Under the pieces are notes generated by a model. That model was not told the DNA's origin, did not search any database, and was given only the letters and a program-made list of their open reading frames with translations. 34,504 nt of DNA. It comes from Octopus bimaculoides. Taxonomy: Eukaryota. The translations under genes and the position numbers were made by a program. Position 1 is the first letter of the stretch, and each line of letters opens with the position of its first letter. Below are positions 21,346 through 34,504 of this stretch, piece by piece. The DNA lies in contig NC_068985.1 of the NCBI RefSeq assembly GCF_001194135.2, positions 88,609,094 to 88,643,597 of the forward strand, read 5' to 3'.

Positions 21346-23689
21346 ACCTAGTCTCTTACCAAACTCGCTTGTGCCTATATATGCATAGATATACGTATAT
21401 TCATATATTATGCGTATATGCTTAGGCATTTGTCTGTGTGCGCGTACACTCAGAAAATATTTGTTGTGTATATTGCAACGTTTTTGTGTATATGTACTTC
21501 TATGTATAATAAACACAGTGAAAGATAAGCTGCGTAAATCATTTATATTTTGCGTGAATCACACACACCGTACTTTTATATCAGTGTTCATATATATCAC
21601 AAATTTCACATGTTATATAAGTTCATTAAAATGTTGCAACTCCATTCGTTCGCATATTTGAGAGCATAGAAACTTGATTAGTTACCATGTTTAGTTTTAG
21701 CTCTATTCTTTTAAAATGAGTTTTCTTTCTACTGTACTTATTCAAATAATTATAATATATATGTTGCTTGAGACGGTGCATTGTAAAATCTAGCATTCGT
21801 CTATTAATATTTAAACGTTTATGAATACACATTTCAAGACGGTGATCAGCGTTCCATATATGCATATATAGTGATATCTCTCTTGTAAGCATTTCAACTT
21901 TATTATGATGGCGATCAAGATGATAATGGGGATGGTTTGGAGGTTCAGGAATATAGGAAGGCGAGAAATATTTTCAGATGGTCGGATATGATTTAATATA
22001 TAACATTTTATTGTCAATATCATACTTTTCCAAGTACACTCAGTGTTTTTAAGGTGCTTTCACAAATTTCAAGCAAGCATATTTATGCACAGTATATATA
22101 TAGATATGTATGAGTGTGTGTGTGTATGTGTGTGTGTGTCTGTTCAAGTCTTCTGAATTATTATATTTAGCACATTTGAATGTTTTAATCTCCACGAACT
22201 CAAAAGAGAGCGTAAATTTAGATTCAGGCATTCGCATAGCACGAATTCACATCGGTATCTGCTGAGGTGAAAATACTCTTCAACGTTTGTTAGGATATCT
22301 AAGAATACTTTCTGAGTTGTTCATAGCAGGGGAGTTAGGTATATCTTCTTAAATAATTAAAATAAACAACTTTTTCCCATAAACATGGTTATGTCCCGCC
22401 TCGATATTCATTATATCATGAAGAATTTTGGTACTTATGATGCAAGAGAGAAAATTTGCAACATTTCAAACCTAAATTAAATTTAAATGATTTCATTATA
22501 AATTATTTCCCTTCCACTTTAAGTCAACAATTCTCTTTATTTGCTCCTGACTTTATTATTTATTGGACTCTTCAATGTCTGAAGTTCTTGCACAATATTG
22601 TACATTGTTTGATCAGACTTCAAATTAGATGAAATTGGCTGACTAAAATTGTAGAGAGTCAAGACGAATGTCACATTTGACATATTTTATTAATACCAGA
22701 TAAAGATTACCGCCCCAGGAAACCAACAACGAGGAAATATTTCCAAATGAGCAAAGTCATCGATAATTTTAGTTATTATGATATTGGTTTCAAATAAAAC
22801 ATGATTTGCTGCATCTTGCAGCTGCAGCAGAAATTAATTTTGTTTTTCTTAGAAAGTAGCCGATTCATTAATACTAGTTTTTTTATAAGATTTTTTTTTT
22901 TTTAATTTTAAGTAAGAGAGAAAGTTTTTTTGTTTTTAATGAATTATTAGTTACTGTATGACATCGAACATTCTTGTTTACGAAACGATTCTATTCACTA
23001 TTTTATAACAATTTATTGGTTTCAATGCTTTATTCAGAAAATAAATTAATTCCCAAAGAAGCACACTCTAAACGATGTTAACAACAAAATGAGAGGTTCC
23101 TTAGCGTGCAAGAAATAGCAGTGAAATATCTTCTAGGACTCATCATTTTAGAGTGGTGCTATAGTATAACATAGTCGGGATGTGCGGACAGCAGAAGGCG
23201 GTTTAAATTTATTAGTATTATAGCCCTAGTTGAAGGTATATTACTCATCAAAAAAAGGGAACATTACTCTGGACATAGAAAACGGTGACCATATTCCAAG
23301 CTACTTCGAAGATGAGTGGTAGCATTATAAGGAAATGAAGATGTGTGCTTCGAACAAATTCAAACTTTACTAAATTTACCAAAACAAACTCTTCGCAACT
23401 AAGCCTTGTATCGTTTAAAACAGCACTGAACATTACCATAACATATTCCAAGGTTGCTGAGGTCATATTTGGAAACTGCTGATGAAATAAGCACAGCGTG
23501 TAAGTAATTGATATTTAGAAAATGGTACATATTCATGTAATGGTTCTTCGTTGGGTTTTTTGTGATATAAGTGATTCGTGTGCACAGAGTATTGACTATG
23601 ATTATCCATGGATTTATTGGAAGAATAATCAATTTCTTAAGCAATATATTAGATAAATGTGCAGTATGTGGCCCGGCTTTCGATGAGAA

Positions 23690-23916
23690 TTAAAGTATCA
23701 TCGGAACTGAGGAGTCACGAAAGAAAGGCTGACGGTAAGAGCTGTTAACGAAGAACCATGCGAGATTTTGAGGAGATATATATCACGGCGTATCTTTCCA
23801 GGATCCCCATCAGGAAATAGGTTTGTTTTCACTTCCACCTTGTAGATTAATGGATGCACTGCGGCGAGATATTTCGAGCAGGATAACTGGAGAGCTTCGA
23901 GATCAGGAGCATAATT

Positions 23917-24010
<94 letters not shown>

Positions 24011-24760
24011 AACTTCTGAAAGATCATGATTGATCCCATCCCCCTCTGCGCTATGAAGATCTAGAGTGTCAAATGGATGGGCTGGAGAGGTGTCATTGGA
24101 CTTGATATTTAGGTGGTAAAATCTCAAATCTTAGAGAATCCTGTCATGGTCTGAGAGTAGTGGTGTTTTTCCACTGCAATATTATGGATAGTGTTAGTGT
24201 GGTTACTGAACACTAGTTCCGACAGTGTTTTTCTGACACCTTGTTGCTTACAAAACAAGTTGGGGTAGGAAAATCTCCTCCATGAAATCAAACAGCAATT
24301 TTATTGCTTCCTTATCATGGGATGAGGTAGAAAAACCTGGTTTCAAGCGGTTTTTGGACTAGCCAACACTGGTAAGGCTGAATTCCCCACTCATTAATAT
24401 GTTGTCAACATGACACTGATGGATGAGACACTTAATATTGTTGAGGCATTCCTTCAAGCGTAGTAAAGGAGTTAGGGGTGGTCTATAGAGCCCAACTACT
24501 ATTAAATTGTTGGTTCTAATATACAAAGAAGCTGCTTCACAGTAGCCGTTGACACATACGTGCATTGCTCTAACGGGAAAAGAATCGTCCACGAAAATGG
24601 CGGCCCCACCCTTTCTTCTGCCAACACGGAAATGGCTCATCGCTATATCTCATTATTCTTCCGATGATGCAACAGATGTCTGAAGTATGAATTGCTACCG
24701 CTTCATTTGCGTAACATGCATCACATGCGGATTTTCTTTTGGAACAACGGTTAAAGATTT
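23690..24760 (-). mobile_element. APE-type LINE (CR1/L2-like) ORF2 N-terminal fragment: endonuclease domain and linker, degenerate
   Basis: ORF 24640-24359 RRKGGAAIFV...IVVGLYRPP...ILMSGEFS (GDFN-like), then LPQLVL*ATR..N, LLSDHDRI and INHDLSEVDC (VDW-like); these are canonical APE endonuclease motifs. Confidence 0.85.
23920..24007. repeat. (CA)n microsatellite embedded in the LINE coding remnant
   Basis: Directly visible pure (CA)n tract. Confidence 0.98.
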
Positions 24761-25125
24761 TCTACACAGCTATTTGTTTCCTTCCTTCTCAAGGTCTATA
24801 TTCATGTAGAATTATGTTTAAACATAGGTATAATCTACCCTGATACCAGAATGATTTGTCTGTTTATAATTGTATCCATTTACACTTGTACATATTCAAT
24901 TTATATACTGCCTATAGCAAACAGTCATTATATGCAGGTATAACATCCTTAATTTTGGTTGCAGTTCAAGTTGCAGTTTTAGGTGTCTAGTCAACATTCA
25001 AGACTAACTGCATGCAACTGTTTGTGTGTCTGTTCAGACGTGATTCCATTTGAATTCTACTTAGATGGAAAAATGGGATAAATGAATAGATAGATAGATG
25101 GATAGACATCAATGGAGATACATGC

Positions 25126-25184
<59 letters not shown>
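25126..25184. repeat. (GATA)n microsatellite. Further tracts: (TA)n 26164-26243, (TAGA)n about 26305-26375, (TA)n/(GA)n/(TG)n 27567-27778, (CA)/(TA) 33800-33930, (CA)n 34453-34504
   Basis: Directly visible. Confidence 0.97.
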
Positions 25185-25999
25185 CATAAATAACGAGACA
25201 TTGAGGGAGAGCCATGTAGATAGGGAAAGAGGGAGACAGAGATAATAGAGATAGGGAATGAGAAAGACATACATGTACGTATTTAAAAAAGTTGTTATTG
25301 TACTGTAGACGCTACGCTTTTATGGTCGGTCGCACTCCTGCGCTCTTCAAATATAAACGTGAAATGAGTCTACGTATTATACCTTTATTCATTAAATAAT
25401 ACTTATGACTCACAGAGCTTCTTTGCTGATGGGACCAACAAGAACAATGCACTCTATATATAGATTTGATAAACAAATCGGAAGATGGCTGTAGTACGAA
25501 ACTTCATTAAGCACAACGATCGTTTCGATCGGTTCTTCACCTGTCCAACAGGTGTAGAATATTGTACATCTGGTTCCCTTTCATCAGCCAGTGCGGCCTT
25601 TGACAATTTAAGTGTTTGGTGTAGGACAAAACATCCAACTAGATATACAGAGATCTCCTCGCTGTGTTTCTTTCGATGGCTGTGCATTGGTAAACTAAGA
25701 GAACATAGAAAGTTTATGAGATTAAACTGGCGAATAGCGCTGGATAGAGTTTACCGTCAACTCTAGCCAAAGTTTACCAGCTTCCTACTACTAAAAGTTT
25801 CCCCCACCATATATATACACATAATAGATTATCCCGTTACACAACGTACGGGGGTTCGACATTCCCTTACTGAACAACAAGTCAGGTGATTTGTTTATAG
25901 TGATCAAATGATTGTGTAGACATAGGCTCACTCCATCTATCAAATCGACATAACCTGTACAGGTGCAAATGGGTGCCACATGTCATATGTCGCAATGAT

Positions 26000-26122
26000 C
26001 GCAGATCAACGTGAAATGAAGTGCTTTGCTCAAGAAAGCAACTCAACACCCGGTTTGAGTATTGAACCCATGATCTTGCAAACGTGATTTCAGCACCCTA
26101 ACCACTAAGTCATAAGGCTTCA
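26000..26122 (-). mobile_element. SINE family B head (probably continuing with a different 3' module down to about 25790)
   Basis: Reverse complement TGACTTAGTGGTTAGGG (A box)...GGTTCAATACT (B box)...TTGAGCAAAGCACTTCATTTCACGTTG. Confidence 0.75.
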
Positions 26123-26160
26123 CACGCGCATAAACATATATACATGTATACTTATTCACC

Positions 26161-26246
<86 letters not shown>

Positions 26247-26304
26247 TGCATGTATGTATACATACAAACCATCACACACACACACATATAGAGAGAGAGA
26301 CATG

Positions 26305-26367
<63 letters not shown>

Positions 26368-27558
26368 TTAGATAGAGGTATACATACATTTACATATACA
26401 CACACATAAGTGTGTATAGATATGTGCGTTTGATTGTGATTAAGTATGTTTGTATGAGGGATGTAGACAGAGAATGACAAACACATAGACTGGAAGAGAT
26501 AGAAATCCATAGAAATATTTATTTTCTTATGTCTATTTATATTTGAACAAGTGTACTTAAAGTGTACCATTAATGTTGATTTATTCCCCATAGACATTCT
26601 GATAGCTGTTGTTTGAAAACTTTACCGTAAGTATTCGATGTTTTGTTTCCTTACATCACAGACAATATATACACAGACATACGCACTGAAAATCTTGCGA
26701 ACTATAAACAACAATAGTTTTTTTTTTCTTCTTTGTCGTGGCATCACCAATGTTTTCTCTTTAACAGTGAAAAAAAGATTCTTCGCTGTCAAATGCCAAA
26801 TAGCATGAAAATATACACTTGTAACTATTTGTCGAAAAACGTGCACCCAATACAGATTTTGTAAGGAGACCAGAATTGCGCTGAAGTAAACTAGTTCACC
26901 CTGATTCATGTGACGTCTGTGAGAATTGCAAAATATGTTTGTCAGAAAGTTACCGTTTCATTTAGGAAGAGGAAACAGAAATAATTCATTATGTATGTCA
27001 AAGACTTGTTTCGAAATGTTACTGCAAACTGCTAGATTAACGTGAAAAATTACAGAATTTTTAGTTGTACCTATACGTCTATCTGCAGAAATTCTACGCA
27101 CGGAGTTGTATTTCAATTTAGAGATTAATTTTTAGTTATCTATTTACTTTAATTTCACTTGTTTTCTTACATAACAATGTTCATCTTCTCTGTTCGAGTT
27201 TGCAGAGGTATTTTTCAGTGAAATTAAATTTATATTTTGTTCAGTTTTGCTTTTTCAATATAAATGCATTTTAAAAACTGTGTGATGATGTTCTCCATAT
27301 CGTTGAAGAAAATATTCATAATTGCGTAATTATTAAGATGATGATGTTTATAATAATGTTGCTAATGGTTAGAACTGAGCAAGGTTGCTGCTGTTGTTGC
27401 AAGAATCGTGATGGAGATGAAGATTATTACAATTATTTGCAAATTCTGTAATTTCTTATCTGAATATCGAAATAATTGCATACTTGGTTTCAATATTTTT
27501 TTGAATATATAAAACGGCAAGCAAATTTTAACAGATGTGCATGTTTGTGTGCGCATAT

Positions 27559-27644
<86 letters not shown>

Positions 27645-27746
27645 GACAGAGAAAGAGAGAGAAATAGAGAGAGAGAGAGAAAGAAAGAGAGAGAAAGAGT
27701 GAGAGAGAGAGATACTTATATTTGCATTTATACAATATAAATATGT

Positions 27747-27778
<32 letters not shown>

Positions 27779-28714
27779 ATTCAAATACAATTATTCACGA
27801 TGAGAGAAGATTGAGCAAGTTGTCTTATTGCATAAATTTGCAAATGTTTCATTGCCATTCGAACTGAAGTAGATTCCTATTTTATGCTATTATACAATGT
27901 ATGTAACTATAGATTCATGAGGTGACATTATATGCGAATATGCTATACAATGGCTAAGCAGTACGCGATATTCGACTTATTTAACGTCATAAATGGAATC
28001 AAATTTAGTTTTTCTTATAAGCTGAAGTGTTGCATTGAAAATGCAGTCTTATTTGATTAATTAGTAATATACGTTGTTATAGAGAATATAAAAAGTATCA
28101 ATAACCAACATTGATTTATTAAAACATAGATTTTATTTCGTTTACTGGATGAAGCTTGTTTAAACCTGAAATATTTGCGCGGGAAAATTGTGTTGTGAAT
28201 TTGTGTACCTCAGTGTTGTTTTCGTCTTTGCACGTGTGATGTCTGTGATTGAATAAAGGAAACACTCAAGGATTATATTAAAATATATTTGAAGTCTATC
28301 GAAACAGATTTCATTTAGGACCTATTAACGATATAATTATGAAGATTGGTAACTAAGGATATTAAGCAAAAAGAAATAGTGCATGTCACTTTAGTTGAAA
28401 GTAAAGGCATGCCTATAAAATAAGATTGAGATAATATACGTGTGCCTTATAAAACAAAAACAGAATTTTTAGTATGTACGGAAAGAACGCTTTTCAGATC
28501 GAGTTAAGATTTCCTACGAATAAAAGAGAGCATATTCTGAACTGAATAGCTTAATGAATTAGGTGAATTCATGTGACCATGAATATACAGCGAAACACAA
28601 ACGTCAGAATGGGTCAAGTACCTTTCCCGAGTTCGAGACTCGTGAAAGCGGATTCTCTAATTCTGAGGCGAATATATTGAGATACCGCACCGTTACTAGA
28701 CTACATTATCCCGC

Positions 28715-28846
28715 TAGCAGATTGGACTGGAGCAACGTGGTACGAATTGATTTTCTGAAGAAAAGAACGTGCCATCCGGCCCAGGAATCGACCAAAATCT
28801 TATGCTCATGAGTATAGCCCTCTAACCAAAAACCAAGATCGCCCAC
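28715..28846 (-). mobile_element. SINE family B head, diverged
   Basis: GGACTGGAGCAACGTG...CCAGGAATCGACC...CTAACCA matches 2118-2235 and 26000-26110. Confidence 0.7.
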
Positions 28847-31252
28847 CATATATAAATATCATACAAACATTCAAACACAAATACACACACACATCGATCT
28901 TAATTAGTTTTTGAAATGATTTGACTATATAAATAAAGCTCGTATTCTATTATACCGGTCACCGTCTAATGCTGCTGACTAGTGAGCCAATTTACCGATT
29001 ATANNNNNNNNNNNNNNNNNNNNNNNNNNNNNNNNNNNNNNNNNNNNNNNNNNNNNNNNNNNNNNNNNNNNATATATATATATATATACAAACATAAGCA
29101 TATACATACATAAAAACATACATATATGTATTTAATGTGGGAGAAAACCTTCCAGTGTGATTTCCAAAGTTCCCGTAAGTGTATCGGTTACATGACTACT
29201 TTTATAGTGTGGAACGTGGCTTGTCACTGTAAATGCATGCAGAAATCTACAAATATCTATAGAGCATGCAGAAACCATATCAATACGATAAGACTGAATT
29301 GTATTTATTACATATCGCTACAAATATTTCAGATCAACATTGTCAACTGTTCATTGGTGATTGTTTCATTAAGAGGAGCACATAATTAACACCTCTCAAA
29401 AGTAACTGTATATGCGCCTTTTTGTGTGAATAGAAGTTACAGCTCTGCCAATCCTCATTTGATTGTCCACAGATTTTACCTACTCCGTGATATTATTTTT
29501 AGTATTGGACAAAGAAATACAAGGAAATGCAAAGAAAATTCAACCACAAACACGTCTGAAATTTTAGGAAGAATGAAACTAAATTAATGATGAGAATGTT
29601 ATTAAAAGAAAGAAATTATCAATTAACCATCTCTACTGCCTGTCATTCTTCCACTTCAAAGGAAAACAGTGACATATTCTCACTTCTCAACACTGTATGA
29701 GACTAATATCTGTCACTTTGCACACATAATTTTAGATATATAGTATTGCCTCCACTGACTTTATTCTAGATGTTTATCAAACCATTAGGAGAGGCTAACG
29801 TAACAAATTTACTTGTACACTCATGCGAGCTCGCACACGCACACCAGCGCCCCGACCATACATATATCCATGTATGCGACATTAATATACATACATTGTC
29901 GATACATATATTTATCCAAACATATTCACACATTCGATTTTTTAACGCAAATCCCTTTGTCAAACTCGGCTTCTGAAGATTACAAACACACTCACATAAA
30001 TATTTTTTTCATACATCATAAATAAATTCATTTAGAAATATGAATTTATATTTATACAAAAAAAATTAATGCTTTATAAGGTGCAGATCAGTCTTGTTAG
30101 AAATGGACTAAATATTTGTAACATTCAGCATTGAAGAGGTGATAAAAATGCGTTGAAACAACAGTAGTCATAAGTAATCAAGTCTGTACAATTCCTAATC
30201 TCGATTTATCTGATAGTCTGCATGAATGCAGATAAAGTTAAGAATATATTCTATATGTTATGAAATATAGTCCCTGTATTGTATTGTCTACCTAAAATAG
30301 GATTTGGTTGAAAGATTTGTAAATTCGTTTCGCCTGTCAAGAATCTATTTCCCCATATAATTTTCTGAGCAATCCTTGTTGTATATAGGTTCAATGGTGT
30401 GATATTGAATTTCATTATATTTAATAGCCATGAGAAGGAAGTCAATTCTAATACCGACAAGAATCAGAATTATCAGAAACCAAATTCAGTTCATGAACAA
30501 CATACCTCGTCCTAATATTACTCATTGCACGATATACCGCAGCAAGAGCATGAGAAACAGAATCAGCTTATTAATATCTGATTATAACGCCAAAAACTGC
30601 TAATGCTCGTATTACAATTTTGATAATATTTCTCAAATAATGATAATACACAGAGCTGCAGTATGATGGTATGGCAATTATGACAATAGACATATTGCTA
30701 TAATGATAAAAATATATAATATCAATCAAGGGGTTATTTGAAAGACAATTGTTCTTGGAAAACTGCATACAATAACGCAATTAATGTCACTAAAATTGGT
30801 GAAACATTGCAAACCTCTAATTTATATCATTGTTAATAATATTTTAGGAATATTTTAGACTAAAACAAATTGGTTGTAGCCATCTAGTAGGGGTATCTTG
30901 AAAGAATTGTGTTGAGAGTTGTACAGTTGTTGTAGGTTGAATGTCTTCTGGATATTTAGGGTAAGAAAGGCAGGAGGCATAAATTGGAAAACCTGACCGT
31001 TATTTTGACTAATACTGTGAATAATGGAATTAATGAGGATACGAGGATATTAAAGTTACAGTATATATTAACAGGGCATTTTGGATATACTTCGAAACAT
31101 GCATTTAAAACTACGTTAGGCAAAGGCATAAATGTTGATTTATAATATAAGAAAGTACCTGTTTTATTTTTAGGTCACAAAGTTTTTGGGAAAACTACAG
31201 CTTGAGGAAGCACGTAATATATGTTTTGAGCAGAATATATATTACGAGAGTG

Positions 31253-31597
31253 GAGGCGCAATGGCCCAGTGATTAGAGCGGTCGTAGTTTCGCTTCTCAG
31301 ACCGGGCGGTATGTGTGATTATTGAGCGAAAACACCGAAAGCTCCACATGGCTTCGACAAGGGGTCGTGGCGAACCCTGCTGTACTCTTTCACCACAGCA
31401 TTCACTCATTCTTTCTTCCTGTTTCAAAATGCCAGCCTTGTCTCCCTCTGTGTCACGCTGAATCTCCCCGAGAACTATACTAAGTGTACACGTGCCTGTG
31501 GAATGCTGAACCACTTCCACGTTAATTTCACAAGCAGGCTGTTCCGTTGTTCGGATGTTGTGGAACTCTCGTCGTCGTAACCGACGGGGTGCCACAA
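31253..31597 (+). mobile_element. tRNA-derived SINE (family D), near full length
   Basis: GGAGGCGCAATGGCCCAGTGATTAG A-box head, TTGAGCGAAAACACC, and 3' module AGCAGGCTGTTCCGTTGTTCGGAT...TCGTCGTAACCGACGGGGTGCCACAA shared with 1940-2100 (-). Confidence 0.85.
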
Positions 31598-32062
31598 AAT
31601 ATTAAGACAAAGTAAATTGCTGGGTGAAATATAAAAGAAATGTCTTGCACATACATTCGTGTTCCATACGTTTCCTCAGTTAATATTTACGAAGTTTCAT
31701 TTGTGGAGCGTTTAGTCTACCAGACTATTTGTAAGAACGGTGAACCAATTTTCGGAATAAGAAATACATGCACAAGTCCTGTTACACTTCCTCATTAAAT
31801 TTTTAGATATTTAACCAATTAACATATTGATTGTTTGATTAATCGATCAGTCGTTGAAACATTAAGATTCGTCACAAACATTTCGCCACCACCTACGAGC
31901 ACATTAAATACATGGTCTCTCTATAGTGCTCAACATAATGTCGTCTGCTAGTCACTTACATTGTTTACTTTAGTTATTTATAATGTAGAATGGAAGTGAG
32001 AATATATTCGAGAGTGGGAAAGTAGCGGGAGGCAATTGCAGTTGCCATTGTTGCTAACGTTA

Positions 32063-32202
32063 ATGATGACATGGAGGAATGTCTCTGTATGTATAGCTAT
32101 TTTGGAATTACTGGGTGTTTCAAATGTTATATTTAGCACTGGAATCGAGGAGGAAGACATAGCCTTCATTGCTCAAATCATAAAATTTGACAACATGGAC
32201 AC
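32063..32202 (+). CDS. Candidate first coding exon of an unidentified secreted or membrane protein
   Basis: Upstream acceptor TTGTTTACTTTAG|31975; ATG at 32063; MMTWRNVSVCIAILELLGVSNVIFSTGIEEEDIAFIAQIIKFDNMD, a signal-peptide-like stretch followed by an acidic region; donor AC|GTATGT. Confidence 0.35.
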
Positions 32203-33812
32203 GTATGTTCTGAATCATACGAATGGTTAATTCATTCAAAATGTGTCACCGCGGTTATTCTAATATCGATATTCATGTAAATCTACCTGTGTTTATATGT
32301 AACATTAGAATATGTCATAACTATGTGAATTATGTCAAACATTATATTTATTCTTGAATTACATATTATAACTTGTTCCGTGCTTAGATTACAAGAAATT
32401 TTCATATGCAAAAATGGGCTATAATGGAGAAACACTGTATTGTCTGATGCAAGTTCTGTATATCTGCAGCCATATATCGCATCATAATGTTATTTTATGT
32501 TCCGACAATAGTTTCGCAAGTAGTATTATCGCTACTACATTTAATGCATTCATCTGGATGACACAATGTCTGTAAACCTGTCCCTCTCTCTCTCTCTCCT
32601 AATACTTAGTCACTACTAATACTCTGTATTTTTCATTGAGGATGACTGTTGTTTGCTACGATTCATGCAATTCACAATGACTTAATCTTCAGAAATAACT
32701 ATTAATTGCCTACATTTATTTTGCAAAGAGAGTAACCGATTCTCTCCCCATCTGCATTTTTCTTTCTAATATGTTTCAATGCGCTATAATGCAGACAAAT
32801 CACAACAATATGTTATTGAATGTGGGTATTTATTACACACCCAGCATTGACAAATTACAAGTACAAGAACTAAACATGATTATGAACAATGAAATTAAAA
32901 CTTAATCGTGAATATTGAAAATACGGAGTCATTTTCTGGAAAAATATTTTCTCATTAATTCTGTCTGTATAAGCTCTCTAAAATAATGAATATGTACTAT
33001 GATGGGAGAGCAAGATTAGTGTATCAAGAGAGTATTTAAGACTTAGCAACTTTCCTCTCCGACATCAAGTTATACGACAAAGTGTTCTATAAATTGTCAG
33101 GTTACTTAGTTCAAATATTTATTCCTGCTACTCTATGGGATCCAAATTAAATGGTATAATGCGTTTAATTCATTGGAGAGCACATTATTTTGATTTATCA
33201 AGAATACTCTTTAATACAGCCAATAAAATATTTGATATACTGCATAAAGGAATTCAAACAATATATAAAGTACAGAGAATTATTCATTATATTTCAATAT
33301 AAGAAAACAATCCTTTTAAACGTAGCGAATGGATGAAATATAGCCTAAATATCTAGAAAATATGTTACATCTGGCCATTAATGTGATCAAATAACACACA
33401 AAAACTACTTGAAATTATTTAACGATGTCACAATTGGGAAATAATCTAAATGTTCGAGATACAGTTTAATTGATGTTTAGCTGCCATGATATGGGAATTG
33501 TCTGGCCTTTACGAATTAATCAGTGATATTCAGATGTCATATTTATCGGACACAAGTCACGTCTTTAAGAAAACTATGAATAAATAGTTAAACACATTCG
33601 TTACTGTCTATATTCTAAGAATTTGTATGCAAATTATGGCCTACGGTGAAAAGAAAACAATAATGATCTTTATTTTATTGTGAAGAGGATATCTAACATG
33701 ATTTTCATATTAAAATTGCTTCTCATAAACGAAGCAGCTCCTGCAAAACACAGAGACTGAGATACACAGAGATACACTCTCTATTTCTCTCTCCTCCTCT
33801 CTCTCACACACA

Positions 33813-33853
<41 letters not shown>

Positions 33854-34450
33854 TATAATACATATATTATGTGTGTGTGTGTATATATATATATATNNNN
33901 NNNNNNATATATATATATATATATATATACACAGTTTGATTGCGGCATTTTACATATTTGGACGCGGAACGAGCACTAATTAAGCATTAAAACAATCGTT
34001 AAGATAATTACAAATCAATTACACTTTTTGGCCTCGAACTTTGTAACACGTTGCCGAGGAAATCGAAGTAATCAAACTCAAAACAGACAGTGTGCTTCTA
34101 CATTAGCTGTCTCTCAATCTATACATTACACTGAGTACGAACAGACGAGGCGGCCGATTAGATATTAAACATTTATTGGCATTGTTTTGTAGTGTCTGTA
34201 ATACCTGTTGCATTTTATATACATAACGCTAGTGGCTGATATTTTATTCATGCTAGCCGAAAGATGTACATCGTTCAAATGTGTACTGATGATATATTCA
34301 GGCACTGAATTGTTCAATATGGTCTTTAGTGAAATATACTGTACTTCTAGTTATTTCTTTTACCTGGAATATATGAAAGTATTTTCGTATTTCTTTGTCT
34401 AGAGTTAAGTCCACGCTTTGCTATTGAACTAGAATATATATACAGTCACA

Positions 34451-34504
<54 letters not shown>

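Noticed and set aside
23248-23644. Minus-strand hydrophobic ORFs and a + strand zinc-knuckle-like stretch
   Set aside because: No consistent motifs or splice sites; too degenerate to call.
25485-25766. 93-aa ORF with SAAFD (RT-like) and HPTRY (GPCR-like) words and possible splice sites
   Set aside because: Motif spacing fits neither family; no supporting neighbouring exons or RT motifs.
26768-26860. 93-nt phase 2-2 exon-like segment with good splice signals
   Set aside because: The peptide is unrecognisable, and such signal pairs arise readily by chance in AT-rich DNA.
29126-29389. EKTFQCD resembling a C2H2 zinc-finger linker
   Set aside because: No second Cys at CxxC spacing and no HxxxH; a chance match.
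29-31597. A/B-box sequences as tRNA genes
   Set aside because: They continue into SINE bodies, with no cloverleaf or terminator; they are SINE heads.
1-34504. CRISPR array, rRNA or prokaryotic operon
   Set aside because: No regularly spaced repeats with unique spacers and no dense ORFs; the sequence is eukaryotic repeat-rich DNA.

Overview
AT-rich eukaryotic genomic DNA from a gapped short-read assembly. It has 9 N-gaps, almost all bordered by (TA)n, (TAGA)n or (CA)n microsatellites. The tRNA-headed SINE families and the microsatellite load look like an octopod cephalopod (Octopus-like); this is inferred from recalled repeat sequences, not from a database search. Most of the window is intronic or intergenic and TE-rich: about ten SINE copies from 3-4 families, a near-complete but dead DD34D mariner with TIRs (19.8-21.0 kb), an internally deleted DD37D maT element (17.9-18.75 kb), an APE-endonuclease LINE fragment (23.7-24.8 kb), an RTE-like LINE 3' fragment, two RLE-type (R4/Dong-like) LINE fragments and a probable hAT MITE. 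No complete protein-coding gene, rRNA, tRNA gene or CRISPR array can be supported. Several + strand candidate exons with plausible splice sites exist, notably a TNFR-like Cys-rich half-domain at 3.9 kb, a Tyr-motif terminal exon at 11.9 kb and a signal-peptide-like exon at 32.1 kb, but none is proven. I cannot demonstrate a new biological system. The best leads are the putative TNFR-like receptor gene whose TM exon may lie in an assembly gap, inverted SINE pairs around that exon, modular SINE shuffling, and a 102-bp near-perfect inverted repeat.
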